DNA from: Mobula hypostoma
Lineage: Eukaryota
Length of the DNA stretch: 64,000 bases
Assembly (NCBI RefSeq): GCF_963921235.1
Contig: NC_086097.1
Location: forward strand, 93,932,001-93,996,000
Direction: 5' to 3'
The position numbers and the translations under genes are program-made. The notes under the pieces were generated by a model. The model saw nothing but the letters and a program-made list of their open reading frames with translations. It was not told the DNA's origin and ran no database searches. Shown piece after piece: positions 1 through 13,674 of this stretch; position 1 is the first letter of the stretch, and the number at the start of each line of letters is the position of its first letter.

Positions 1-414
1 TCCTACTTTATTAAACGGCCTTGAATGATCTCAGTGACTGAGCCTCCACAACCCTTTCAGCACTCTTGTTTTGTTTTTTGTTGTTCCTTTTCACACCTTG
101 TGGCACAATAGGTGTTTTTTTTTGCTGTTGCCTTAGCATTTGCTGTTTCCTTAGCATTTATCTGTTTTTAGTCAGGCCAAGTTGCTCGCTCGACAGTCAA
201 CCCAGTGTGCAAAGGGCCAGCCAGATTCAAATCGGGACCATTCACCTCAATGTCCGGTGCTGATGCCACTACACCACCGGTTGGCAATCTTTTAGCCCTC
301 TGAGTAAAAAAAATTCTTCTCATCCCTGTCCCAACTGGATGACTCATTATTTTGAGATCACCTGAGGAAAATATCAACACTGCCATGTCAAGTCCTTAAA
401 GAATGTTTTGTTTT

Positions 415-990
415 TATCCACTATGGCCAAGAAAGCACACCTGCACCTCTCAGGAAGTTTGGCCATCTCTCCTCTGGCTCTCACCAACATTTTTTACAGA
501 TGCACCATAGAAATCACCCTATCCAGATCCAGAATTGCTTGGTATGACAGCGACGTTGTCCACAACCGCACTAAACTACACAGAGCTATGGACCCAGCTC
601 AGCACATCATGGAAACCAGCCTCCCCTCCAGTGGACTCTGCCTACACTTTTCACTGACTTGGTAAATTAACCAGCTTTATCAAAGACCCCACCCACCCCA
701 GACATTCTCTCTTCTCTCCCCACCCTCCTCTACTGGGCAGCCTAAAAGCACCAGGCTCAAGGGCAGCTTCCATCCCACAGTTGTGTTGTCCCCTAGTACA
801 ATGATCTGACAATCTACGGTATCTTGTTATGGCCTTGCACCTGCAGGCACTTTCTATTTAACCGTAGCACCTCACTCAGCATTCTGTTACTGCCTTGCCT
901 CATGGACTGATGTCACAAAATGATCTGTATGAATGGCATGCTGAACTAAGCTTTTCACTCTGCCTCAGTACGTGTGACAATAATAAACCA
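415..990 (+). mobile_element. Rex1/Babar LINE 3' fragment, degenerate
   Basis: Remnant peptide AKKA...LTNIFYRCTIE...IAWY typical of the Rex1 RT C-terminus; ends in gtgacaataataaaccaat tail. Confidence 0.6.
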
Positions 991-1858
991 ATTTACAATT
1001 TAGTAAAGTTACCTCTCGTACTTCTACTCCCCAAAGAGTTTAGCCCTTAGCTGCTTACTCACTCTCATATGACAGATCTGCTACTATTTTCACTCTTCCC
1101 TCCTCCATCTGCCTATCACATACTATATATAGCACACATATTGCCAGCTCTTTCTCCACCCTCTTCCCTCGCCTCTTTAAACTGGCCATCTCCTCTCCAT
1201 CTATCAATCTTGACCCACAATGTCACCTGTCCATTCCTCTCATTCATGACCCCCACCCCAATGGTCACAGATGTTGCTTGACCTGGTGAGTTACTCCAGC
1301 TGTTTGTTTTGCTCCAGATTCCAACAGCTGGAGTCTCTTGTGACCCTGCACTTACCATGCCTGCCATCAGCTGAAGTATATCCTTCCTTAGATAGGGAAG
1401 CCGGACCTGCACATAATCTTTGAAATAGGGTCTCACCAGGACCCTGTGTAACTAGAGCAAGACATCTACTCTTTAACTCAACTTATCCTGTAATAAAGGC
1501 CAACGTATTGCCTTCCTCAATGCTCGCTGAATAGGCACAGTAATTTCCAGTGATTTGTGTACAAGGACATCCACGTCCCTCTGAGCACCAACATCTTTCA
1601 GTCTCTCATCACTCCATTTCTAATTGTGGCAAGGTGGATGACTTCATTGTTTCCACATTATGTTCCATCTGCCACGTTGCTGCCCATCTGTTTCGACCAT
1701 CTATATTTGCTGAAGTCTCACTGCATCTTCTTCACAGCCTGTACAATAATTATTAAGCCTTGTGCAATCAGCAAGCCCGCACACACTACCTGATTCTTCC
1801 ATGCAACAATTCTTTAAAAATTAACCATCACTGGTTTAGTGTCACAACTTTTAACATA

Positions 1859-2378
1859 CACTCAGTGGCCACTTTATTAGGTACACTTGTACGCCTGCCC
1901 GTTAATACAAATAACGAATCAGCCAATCACATGGCAGCAACTCAATTCATAAAACCATGTTGACGTGGTTCAGTTGTTGCTCAGAAGAACATCAGAATGG
2001 GGGAGAAGTGTGATCTAAGTGACTTTAACCACTTACCTTGATTTGTGCCAGACGGTATGGTTGACTATCTCAGGATCTTCAGACCCCTTTGGATTTTCCC
2101 ACCTAGAGTTTACGGAGAATGGTGCAAAACATCAAAAAACATCCAGTGAGCAACAGTTCTGTGGGTGTTAATGAAAGAGGTCAGAGGAGAATGGCCAGAC
2201 TGGTTCGAGCTGACAGAAAGGCAACAGTAACTCAAATACTGTAACGCCAGATTACAACAGTGGAGTGCGGAAGAGTATCTCTGAACACACAACACGTCAA
2301 ACATTGAACTGGATGGCTGCAGCAGCAGGAAGCCACTCTGGGTTCCATTCCTTTACCGAATAAATTGGCAACTGAGTG
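1859..2378 (+). mobile_element. Tc1/mariner non-autonomous element
   Basis: TA target duplication (1857-58, 2379-80); TIRs CACTCAGTGGCCACTTTATT / AATAAATTGGCAACTGAGTG; internal Tc1 remnant (GQRRMARLVRADRKATVTQI, SISEHTTRQTL). Confidence 0.85.
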
Positions 2379-3291
2379 TAGTTTCCCCATCTATCAATTC
2401 ATGCCTTTGTAGTTACCTTCGTTCAAAGTAAGACAGTTTTCAAATTAAACAATTTTCAATCTTTACATAGAATTCCATTGTGATAGTACCCCAAAACTAC
2501 CAGGTTTTCAGTTATCTATGTAGACATTATTCATTCAGTTGCTCTGTTCAGATCAGTATGTGGAAGAACCATCTCTATGAATTTGCCCTTCACACTTTTG
2601 CTGAAAGATTGGTTTGTCCAGTCTAAATGTGGATTAAAGTACTCTGTAATAATTATAATGCCCTTGCTATTTGAAGCTCTCATTTCTTGATTTAAATCAT
2701 GTTCGAACTTATTACCATTGTCCCAGTAAAGTTTGCTTCCCCTTTACTTCCAGCACACTGAATCTACCTTCTGATTTTCTGAGCCGAGTTCCTTCCACTC
2801 TGCGACCTTTATCTCACTCTTTAAGATCAGGAATTTCCCACCTTCTTTTCCATTTGGCCTACTTCATCTAAAAGTTAAACTTTCTGGAATATTTAATTCT
2901 CAAGCTTAGATTAGATTCAGATTTATTTATCTATCGCAATGAAATGTGTCATTTGCATTAACAACGAACACAACTTAAGCATGCTCTGGAGGCAGTCCAC
3001 AAATATTGCCACACGCTCCAGAACCAACATAACATGCCACTACAGCTTAGTCACTTTGCAGACACATCTCTGTTCTGGCTAATAAACTGCACTCCCATTT
3101 ACCTTGAACTGTACCATTAGTTCACCCACCTTCTTACAAATGCTGCCTTTGTTCAGATAGAGAGCCTTGAATTTTGCCTTTGCACCATTTTTCCCCAGTG
3201 TGATGCTAATTGCATGTATTTGTTTCCCTGCCTTTTCCAGGTTATCAGTTCTAGATTCACTATCCATGCCAACATATAGAGGATGTCTAAT

Positions 3292-3790
3292 CGCAAACAA
3301 GAGAAAATCTGCAGGTGCTGAAATCCAAGCAACACACAGAAAATGTTGGAGGAACTCAGCAGGCCAGGCAGCATCTAGGGAGAAGAGTAAACAGTTGACG
3401 TTTCGAGCCAAGACCCTCTAGTAGGACTGGAGGAAAAAAGATAAAGAGTCAGAGTTAGAAGTTGAAGGCAGGGGAGAAAGAAACACAAGGCAACAGGTGA
3501 AACCGGGAAGGGGGAGGGAGGGAGTAAAGAGCTGGGAAGTTGATTGGTGAAAGAGATACAGGGATGGAGAAGGGGGAATCTGATAAGAGAGGACAGAAGG
3601 CCATGGAAGAAAGAAAAGGGGGAGGAGCACCGGAGGGAGGTGATAAGCAGGTAAGGAGAGAAGAAAAATGCGATGGGGAACCATGAAGGAGAGGAAGTGG
3701 GGGGGGGGGCATTACTGGAAGTTCGAGAAATTGATGTTTGTGGCATCAGGTGGAGGCTACCCAGGCAGAATATAAAGTGTTGCTCCTCAG
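3292..3790 (-). mobile_element. Penelope-like element 3' end and tail, degenerate hammerhead
   Basis: Reverse complement matches the EEQHLIFRLGSL..P terminus and GATGCTGCCTGGCCTGCTGAGTTCCTCCA tail of the other PLE copies. Confidence 0.8.
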
Positions 3791-3916
3791 CAGGTGGATA
3801 TGAGAACTGAGGCTGGGGCTACACTTTCCTCTGGGTGCAATGTTGCTCCAAACCCCTCTCCTAAACTCTTCAACAGTAGAAACATACAAAGGATCAGCAA
3901 GCAGGAAGCCATTCAC

Positions 3917-3949
3917 CTGCAGAGTCAAAGGTGCAGTCCATCTATACTC
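3917..3949 (-). CDS. Candidate 33-nt internal exon (EYRWTAPLTLQ) of the unidentified minus-strand gene
   Basis: Polypyrimidine acceptor ttttttttcatgtttctccag and donor gtgaat in non-repeat sequence; only phase 0 is open, compatible with the ATG-only exon at 24251. Confidence 0.3.
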
Positions 3950-4321
3950 CTGGAGAAACATGAAAAAAAATCCCGTTATAGAAGGAATTTTAGCTAGGCC
4001 AACATTAATATTCCAAGAAACATAGCCTAAAAAAACATTCTCCTTCCATTCCCAGTTTACTGGTCATGACAGCCTGTTAAATGATGGGCATAGTTCCCAC
4101 ACTGTTCAATAGTGACTGCACTTCAAAAGTATTTCATTGACTGTAAAGTCCTGTTAAATATCCTGAGGTTGAGAACAATCCCTCAGAAATGTTGCAGTTT
4201 CAATCTGGAATACTGTACCTCAATTGACCTACCCACCCACCCCTCCCTCCCCGATAATATATAACTTACTTTGGGGGAGAGGGTTCCAGATTTTTGTTGT
4301 ACTTGGGTGAAGATCTACTTT

Positions 4322-5155
4322 CTTAAATGATTGGAGGGTTGTAGATGTTGTTCCCTTATTCAAGAAAGGGAGTAGAGATAGCCCAGGAAATTATAGACCA
4401 GTGAGTCTTACTTCAGTGGTTGGTAAGTTGATGGAGAAGATCCTGAGAGGCAGGATTTATGAACATTTGGAGAGGCATAATATGATTAGGAATAGTTAGC
4501 ATGGCTTTGTGAAAGGGTGGTCGTGTCTTATGAGCCTGATTGAATTTGCATTGGCCTTCATCAACCGTGGGATTGAGTTTAAGAGCTGAGAGGTAATGCT
4601 ACAGCTATATAGGACCCTGGTCAGACCCCACTTGGAGTACTGTGCTCAGTTCTGGTCGCTTCACTACAGGAAGGATGTGGAAACCATAGAAAGGGTGCAG
4701 AGGAGATTTACAAGGATGTTACCTGGATTGAGGAGCATGCCTTATGAGAATAGGTTGAGTGAACTCTGCGTTTTCTTCTTGGAGCGACGAAGGATGAGAG
4801 GTGACCTGATAATGAGAGGCATTGATCTTGTGGATAGTCAGAGGCTTTTTCCCAGGGCTGAAATGGCTAGCACAAGAGGGCATAGTTTTAAGGTGCTTGG
4901 AAGTAGGTACAGAGGAGATGTCAGGGGTAAGTTTTCTTTACGTAGAGAGTGGTGAGTACGTGGAATGGGCTGCCGGCAGCGGTGGTAGAGGTGGAAATGA
5001 TAGGGTCTTTTCAGAGACTCCTGGATGGATACATGGAGCTTAGTAAAATAGAGGGCTATGGGTAAGCCTAGGTAGTTCTAAGGTAAGGACATGTTCGGCA
5101 CAGCTTTGTGGGCCGAAGGGTCTGTAGTGTGCTGTAGGTTTTCTATGTTTCTATG
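4322..5155 (+). mobile_element. CR1 LINE 3' fragment with internal deletion
   Basis: LYRTLVRPHLEYCAQFWS..ERVQRRFTRMLPGL..TRGHSFK; (TTTCTATG)n tail. Confidence 0.92.
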
Positions 5156-6865
5156 ATTCAGTTCAAATTCTAAGAAATACAAAACCAGAACTTGTATAGT
5201 ATGACAATAATAATCTCAGCATTCGTTTTTGGTTTGGTACGCTTGATTGGTTTTTCTTTGTTTCTCTTGGTATTGCTGGGACCACTCCTACAAACACTAC
5301 ACTGATAGCTATCAGGAATCTGCTGCTGTCAGGGTGTTGCGCCATTATGCAAAGTAAAGAGCAAGCCTGAATATTGGTGGAACAATGTGGAGGCTGATGA
5401 CAAAGAGTTTGAAGGAGGGTGGAGAATCACAGTGACAAGAGAATGTAAGCTTTGCAAATGTAATGTAAGCTTGAGGAACATCTTATCTTTTCTTAGGGTA
5501 TGTGGAAGTCCTTGGAGCTCAATATTGATTTTAACCATTTCAGGTAATAATTCTGATCTGTTCAGACAGTAAAACTGCAACAATTCATTATCCCATTGTG
5601 ACATAAATTAACTGATCCATGGTCCCTGTTCCTATACTCCTTTTAATCTCACCAAGACCATACTCCCACACACCCTTTAAACACAGTACAACCCAGTTTC
5701 CAGTCCTTCCTCTAAACAGTGGATTTTGGTTACCATGCTTCCTGGTTGACTGGAAAATGTATTATACCACTGTCTAGGAATTACATTAAATGTCCAAGTA
5801 TTCATCCCCACCCATCCCTGCCTCTCCCTAGCTGCTTTCCCCTATAAAAGCAAGAGATGTATCTCCTCCCTCTCTAACATCCTGGAATCCAGGCAGCCCT
5901 TCCAGGTAAGGTAGACATTCACAAGCATTCCCCCCACATCCCTTCCCCAGCCTTGTGTTACACCCAGTGCTCCCAATGTCCATTGCTCATGGCTCATTGA
6001 GTTCCTCCAGCACGGTGTTTTCGCTCTCTAAACTAAATGTTTGTTAGGGTTATTGGAATATCAATGGGAGTAAAACCCAATCATCCAGAAAGTATGTTCT
6101 ATGGTTTAAGATATGCCAGTAGACACCACCAGAAGTCCCGAGCGTGTTGGGTTATTGGGGTTTACCTGTATGTGAGGGGGGCCTAGATTCAGACTAAAAG
6201 TGGAGCTGAGGAGTAATTTATCTTCACTGAGGGTTCTGCTTCTTTAGAATTTTCCACTTTAGATTCATGACAACTATTTACACAAGGGAATGGAAAGGCA
6301 ACGAGTTTGGCACTGAGAGCAAGATTGGATCAGCCATGATCTTACTGAATGGTGGAATAGGCTAAAAGGGCCAATTGCCTCCACCTCTCCTGTCTCTTAT
6401 TCCTTTATTCCTTACCTCCTACCAAGTCTCTACCCTCTCCCCTACCCCTGGAATTACTTTCCTCTACCCTGCTCAAGGGCAACTTCTTGATTCCAAGGAT
6501 TCTTCCCACCTACCCACTGCAAACATTGCAGAACTTCCCTCAAGCTCCATGAGTTAATATGAGTGACAGTAAAACGCCCAACAATCTAGCACATGTTGGG
6601 ACTTTGTCAGTGTTGTACTGGCAGAACTTTCGGACATTATTTCTAATTATACCATAGCACATTTTTAATTAACTTTTTTCAAAGGGAATATATTTCCCAG
6701 TGAAATGAAGAAGTTTAAAGAGAACATATGTGCCCGTTCCGGGTCATCAAGGGAATGGCGGCGTAAGGAAAAGGTCTCTCGACAAAAAAGAAGGTAAACT
6801 GCCCCAAAATCGAATTTAGACAAATACTTAATATTGCATAACTATATTAATAAAAGGGGCAAGGA

Positions 6866-7851
6866 TGATGTCTAAGAACAAGAATAAAAAGTCCGCTTCG
6901 AAGGCTGATAAACATAAAGAGATGCAGCAAGGCGACGGGCCTAGCTCCCCCACGGCAAGCCAGGACGGAGATAATGAGGGGGAATCGGTGACTCTGTCTT
7001 TGATTCTCGGAGAGATTCGCGAGTTCTGACAGGATAACAGCAAACAGCTGGAAGATATTAAAGGAGAAATAGTAAAACTAACTCGCGGATAGATGAAGCC
7101 GAAACGAGGATTGTTGGAATTGAAGAGAAGCTACAAAACGCCGAGGAAGTGATAGCAGAAATAGCTGAAGCTACAAGACCAGCTCCAGTGGAAACTAATA
7201 GATCAAGAAGGCCGCTCGAGAAGGGAAAATGTGAGGATCTACGGAGTTCCCGAAGGAACCGAAGGTAAACCCGGATTGGTGATTCCCTTCGTGGAGAAGC
7301 TGCTTAGAGAGAACCTTGATATACCGGCCACAAAAGACCTACAGATAGAAAAGGCTCACTGCGCGTTGGCACCATAGCCTCCGGCAGGCGCCCAGCCCAG
7401 ATCGATTCTGATCAGATTTCTCAGTTACAGAACGAAGGAAGAGGTGCTTAAACGGGCATGGCAAAAGAAAGGTTTCATGTGGAACAACTGCAAAATCAGT
7501 TTAGACCACGACTATGCACCGGAGATTCTTGCCAGACGGAAGGAATATACGGAAACACGGAGAGTCCTGAAGGAAAACAACATCAGATTCCAGACCCTGT
7601 ATCCAGCTCGGCTAAGAGTCTTTTACGACGAAGGGACAAAAACTTACGCTACGGTGGAGGAGGCAACGTTGGACCTGGCGGACTGGGGACTACCTATTAA
7701 AGTTATCACCCAACCGGAGTCGCTACTGGAGAGAATTCGGCAGAAGTTGTGGCAGTTAGTGGGGCGAGGACGCTCCACTCGAACCAGAGTGTCAAACTAC
7801 AAGGAAAAGCTGCAAATATTCAGACGCGAATGTACAGAGAATACAGATTAA
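6866..7851 (+). pseudogene. L1 ORF1p (Transposase_22-like), with stops and frameshifts
   Basis: RSRRENVRIYGVPEG, ISLDHDYAPEILARRKEY, LYPARLRV motifs spread over several frames. Confidence 0.9.
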
Positions 7852-8213
7852 TTAAGAGAAATGACTGAAAAGAGTAAATCGGACTTAAAAGTAAAATGAA
7901 AACTGGTAACTGAAAATAAACTAGGCGGAATAACTTGAATGATAGCAATATGGTTGAGACATAAATAGGAGAAAATTCTCTATGGTTATTCAAACTGCTG
8001 AGGGCCCTCTAACACAGGGTGAAGATAGAGGTTATCCCTCTGAACTGAGGCGGGTCGGTGCTCAGGCCTCACTGTGGGAAGTCGGGAAAAATTTTCAAAT
8101 GTTATACGTTCAGAAATGTCTAGGGTGTGGTTATATGTCTTGGTTTACTGTTGAGAAGGGATTGCTTACTGTTTGGTTAGAAAAGGAGAGTGCTTTTTTT
8201 CTACTAGAGAAAA

Positions 8214-11200
8214 ATGCAAACTGAATTGGTAAAAATAATTTCCTATAATGTTAATGGGGTTTTGAATCCAATTAAAAGAAATAAGATTATGTCTAAATTG
8301 AAAAAAGAGAGGGCACAAATAGCTTTCCTCCAGGGAACACATATGAGCCAATCTGAACATGGAAAATTAAAAAGAATGGGCTTTAAGCATATATTTTGTT
8401 CATCATATAAATTGAGTCACAAAAGAGGGGTAGCTACTTTAATATCAAGTACTCTTAATTATGAACATATTTCAGAGACTAGAGACAAAGAAGGACGGTT
8501 TGTAAAAATCACAGGAAGAATAGAAGGTACAGAAATAACATTGCTGAATGTTTATGCTCTTCCAGGTAGTGAATGGTCATTTTATAGACACATTTTTGAC
8601 CTAATGGTTAGTTCTCGAGGGGTAGTAATTTGTGGAGGGGATTTTAATATTAGATTAAATCCTATATTAGATTCTTCAAGAATAGTTACTCAGAATAAAC
8701 CTCTGACTCGGAAAGTGAATTCATTGATGGAGGAGTTGGGAATTATAGATGTCTGGAGGGAATTACACCCTACTAGTAAAGATTATACATATTACTCTTT
8801 CCCTCATTCAGCCTATTCAAGGATAGACTATTTCTTTATCTTTAATACGGATAGACTCAGGATAAAAAACTGTAATATTGCAACAATTGATCTGTCAGAT
8901 CATAGCCCAGTCTCTATGTCTCTAATCCTGGAAAGGAAAATGAGGAAAACACTATGGAGGCTAAACTCACATATACTCAATAACCCGAAAGTAATGGAGA
9001 GATTAAGGGGAGAAATCAAAGAATATCTAGACCTTAATGACACGGGAGAAACATCACCAGTGATTTTATGGGATACATTGAAAGCTGTACTGAGAGGGAA
9101 AATTATTTCCATTACTACTCACATGAAAAAAATCAATGCACAAAAATTAGCAGACCTTCAAGGAAAATTAAAACAACTTCAAGTTGTAGATAGCAACAAA
9201 AGTAATTCAAATCTAAAACAGCAAATTAGGAAATTGCAAAGTGAAATTGATGATATTTATACGTTGGAAACTCAAAGAAATTTTCTTTACCTGAGACAAA
9301 AGAATTATGAAGTAGGAGGTAAATCAGCTAGATTATTAGCATATAAATTACGAAAACAACAAGCAGACAATACAATTCATAAAATAAAGAATCCAAAGAC
9401 AAAGCTTGTGGAGAGTACAATAGGGAAAATTCAAGAGAGTTTTGAAATATATTATCGAGAGCTGTACTCCCAACCCCGGGCCCCCAATGAGCCCTATATA
9501 GACAGTGTATTGAATTTTTTAGATCTACCTAAACTTACAGATTTACAAAATGAAAGTTTATTAGAACCAGTAACTGTCAAAGAGCTGAACGTGGCCATCT
9601 CTAGGTTAAAGGCTGGAAAGTCCCCGGTTTCTGATGGGTTTACCTCAGAGTGGTACAAGTCCCTGAAGACACAGTTAGCCCCATTACTACTTAACACCTT
9701 TAATTGGATCTTGCAGAGATGAGAAACTCCACCTTCCTGGAGAGAAGCGATTATTTCAGTTATTCCTAAAGAGGGTAAAGATAAACTAGAATGTGGCAAT
9801 TATCAGCCAATTAGTGTTCTTAATTTAGATTACAAACTATTTACATCTATATTAGTGCGCAGATTGGAAAAGCTTTTACCTGGCCTAATCCATTTAGACC
9901 AGACTGGATTTATTCAACAAAGACAAACACAGGACAACATAAGGAGAACTCTGCACATATTAGAACAGGTTAATAAGAACGAGACAGAGACAATGGTAGT
10001 AGGATTGGACGCTGAGAAAGCTTTTGATTCGGTTAGTTGGGCATTCCTATACAGAGTGTTAGGAAGATTCGGCTTTCAAGAAAGGTTTATTAAAGTAATT
10101 CAGACTCTATATGACAGCCCTACAGCCCGAATTAAGATAAATGGGGACCTCTCTGACTCTTTCATTTTAGAGAGAGGCACTAGACAGGGATGTCCAATTT
10201 CTCCTCTCCTTTTTGCGCTATATATTGAACCACTTGCCCAACTAATAAGACAGAGCGAAATCGTAAAAGGTATCAAGGTGGCAGGGATTGAACAGAAAGT
10301 GGCGTTATTCGCAGATGATGTTTTGGTCTATCTGAGTGAACCAGAAAAATCATTTATAGGATTGTTTACACTGTTGGATGACTTTGGGAAAATATCAGGT
10401 TATAAAATAAATGTAAAGAAAACGCAGGTTATGTCCCTAAATTATACACCATCCAAAAATTTGCAGGATACATACGATCTTAAGTGGGAAACTAAATCAT
10501 TAAAATATTTAGGAATAACCCTGCCGAAGGATCTTTCGCACTGTCACAGGTAAATTATGGGCCATTAATCTCAGAGATAAAAGCAGATATGCATAGATGG
10601 AATCTTATCCCCTTTTTAAGTTTAAATTCAAGGATAAATACTATAAAAATGAATATTCTTCCTCGGTTATTATATCTTTTCCGTACTTTACCAGTGGAGG
10701 TGGATGATAATCAATTCAGGGAATGGGACAAATGGATTTCCCGCTTCATTTGGCAAGGAAGGAAACCTAGAATTCGATATAACACCTTACAGTTAGGGAA
10801 GGAAAGAGGAGGTATGGTTCTTCCTTGCCTGAGAAATTATTTTTATGCCTCACAGATAACCCCTCTGTTATATTGGTGTAATAGGGAATATAAGGCTAGA
10901 TGGAAGGAAATAGAATTTGGATTAGTTGACAGTTTTCCTCTTCAGGCCTCAATAGCTGACAAAGGATTGATGGCCCAGTTGGAAAAATTTAATAATGCTT
11001 GGATAAATCTTACATTAAAAGTATGGCAGAAGGTGGTTAATTCATGTGGAATTAATAACATGTTAAAACTCTTTAGATGGTGTGCATATGATACCGAATT
11101 CCTTCCCAACAGAGGATATAAAAGATTTGAGCTATGGATAAAGAAAGGTCTTACAACCTACCTCTCATTTATAGATAAAAGAGTATTACAAAGTTTCCAA

Positions 11201-12001
11201 ATCCTGCAGGACAAACATGGCCTAGAACATAATGACTTTTTTAGGTACCTTCAAATACGAAACTATGTTAACCAGAGTTGTAGATATACAGACCTATCAA
11301 CAGTAGAATTAGAATTTTTCAAGATTCTGAATTCGGCTTGCAGTTCAATACCTAGTAAATCAGTTTCTCGCCTATATAATGCACTCTCCCATGCTAAAAA
11401 TGTAAATACACTGTATATTAAAGAGAAGTGGGAGAAAGAAGCAGGGTTGGTACTTTCAGAGGAGGCTTGGGGGAAAATCTGCTGCTTTCAATGGTCCTCG
11501 AATAATTCTTTGACTTGGAGAGAACATTGTTGGATAAACATTATAAGATACTTCAAGACCCCATATCAGGAAAAATATAAAGATACAAATGTGATGTGTT
11601 GGAGAAGGTGCGGCTCCAAGGAGGCAAATCATTTTCATATTTTCTGGGATTGCCCTAAATTAAGTCTATTTTGGGAAGGTATTCATAGAACATTAGTTAA
11701 GGTACTTAGGTCCCAGATACCTCTGAACTTTGAGACGCTCTATTTGGGGCATGTATTGTTCCTTGAACAGAAGGAAGATATAAAGTTGCTGCAGGCCTTC
11801 TTAGCGGCAAGTAAGAAATCAATCACTAGAAAATGGCTAAATCCAATACCACCTACATTAGAAGATTGGTACGAAATTATCTTGGAAATATTTAAAATGG
11901 AAAAGTTGAATTACTCCCTGAGAACTCAAAAAGAAACATTTTATCAAATCTGGAATAAATGGATTGAATATATAACCCCAATGCGAGCAGACTTTAGATG
12001 A
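8214..12001 (+). pseudogene. L1 ORF2p (endonuclease + RT + C-terminal Cys motif); nonsense codon at 9720 and frameshift near 10540
   Basis: [53 protein letters not shown]. Confidence 0.95.
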
Positions 12002-12849
12002 CTCTCCTAATGATTTATATTGCTCTTCTCATCAACACAGTAATATTGCTAACGTAAGCACCCCTAGTCTAAATGTTTGTTTTTTTTTGGAAAATAGAGA
12101 ATTAACACAAGTAAAGGGAAAGATTTGGGAAAGGGATAATAAAAAAATGAAAAAATTAAGTAAATAAGTACATAGGGATTGGATAATTATGTCTGCGGGC
12201 AGGAACAAGCACGAACAAATTGGGATATAAACACCTACAATGGTTGGTATATAGGCTTGTATGCAACATTTTGGACCAGTGGAAATGGTCCAGAAGGGTT
12301 GTATGGAAACTATTATTACCATTTTTCTTAACAACTAATTTCATTACTTAGCCTAATAGGTTAGATTTACCACAGTACATAATTATCTATTTAAATGTTT
12401 ATTTTCCTTTTATATCATCTCAATGTGTACTTAAGAATGTATAAATAATTGTAGTTTTATACATATAAAAAAAATGGAAAAGGTTATATGTGTGAAAAAA
12501 GTACATGATAATTGTGAATTCCTTATCCAAATAAAAATAAAATTAAAAAAAAAAAGAACATACGTAGGAAATGATGCCCTCTTTATCTTAAAGTCAGTGT
12601 GTGGAAAGCAGGGCCAGGTGAGTGGAAGGGAGCGCAGGAACAAGAATATTGGCTGGGAAGGCAGCACAGAAATTAGAGCCCTTGATGTTGAAAAGGGAGT
12701 GTGGGAATCAAGCCTCTGTGGTGGGGAAGGAAGCATGGCATACAATACCTGATGAATTAGATGCCAAAACATCAGAATTGACAATAGTTGGACAGTGGGT
12801 TATTGGAGTATTAGTTATAAGACGAGGCACATAAAGGAGGATAACTGCC

Positions 12850-13470
12850 AATGGTTGGAGAAAATGTATTCTAGGATGTTGTGGGAAGTAAGGAAAGACA
12901 CTGCGGGGGCCCTGGCAGGAACTTTTGTACCTTCCTTTGCCATGGGTGAAACACTGGAAGACTGAAGTGTGATTACTGTTGTGCCTTCATTTAAAAAGGT
13001 TTGCAAGGACGGGAGGGAATTCTGAGAGACACAATTAATCTCTATTTGAAAAGGCAAAGAATGATTAGTGATAGTCAGCATGGGGAGTAGTATCTCACAA
13101 ATTTAAATAAGCTTTTATTTAAATAGATGACCAAGAGGATCGAAGAGGTTGCACTGTAGCCATTGTCTACATGAATTTCAGTAAGGCCTTTGACATAGTC
13201 CCACATGCTAGGCTGTTTGGAAGGTAAGATCGCATGGAATCCGGAATGAACTAGCCAATTGGATACAAAATTGGCTTGGTGAAAGGAAGCAGAGCATGGT
13301 AGTGGAGAGTTGTTTTTCAGAATGGAGACCTGTGACCAATGGTATGCCGCAAGGATAGGTGCTGGGCCCACTGTTGCTTGACATCTATATAAATAATATG
13401 GATGAAAATATAGTTTGAATGATTAAGTTTGCAGATGACACTGCAAATTGGTGGTACGGTAGACAGAGAA
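12850..13470 (+). mobile_element. CR1 LINE RT fragment, degenerate
   Basis: Decayed FSKAFDIVPH, QG.VLGPLL and KFADDT coding sequence. Confidence 0.75.
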
Positions 13471-13674
13471 CAAAGAACACTACAGCACAGCAACAGGTTT
13501 TTTAGCTCATGATATCTGCGCAGACCATGATGTCAAATTAAACTAATCGCATTGTCTGCACATAACCTGTATCCCTCCATTCCTTGCCTGTTCATGTGCC
13601 TGAAAAAATGCTCTTAAATGATAATATCATATCTGCTTCTACCTACACCCCAAGTAGCACGTTCCAGGCACCTA

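Larger units (their letters stand above)
6732..12554 (+). mobile_element. Full-length L1-clade LINE (about 5.8 kb), lightly decayed
   Basis: ORF1 plus ORF2 (APE-RT-Cys finger), AATAAA and polyA; TSD AGAACATAYGT at 6721-6731 and 12555-12565. Confidence 0.95.

Noticed and set aside
1790..1811. 22-nt minus-strand micro-exon candidate near 1790-1811
   Set aside because: Weak splice signals and no identifiable peptide
5329..5604. 91-aa minus ORF in unique sequence
   Set aside because: No recognisable homology or convincing splice sites
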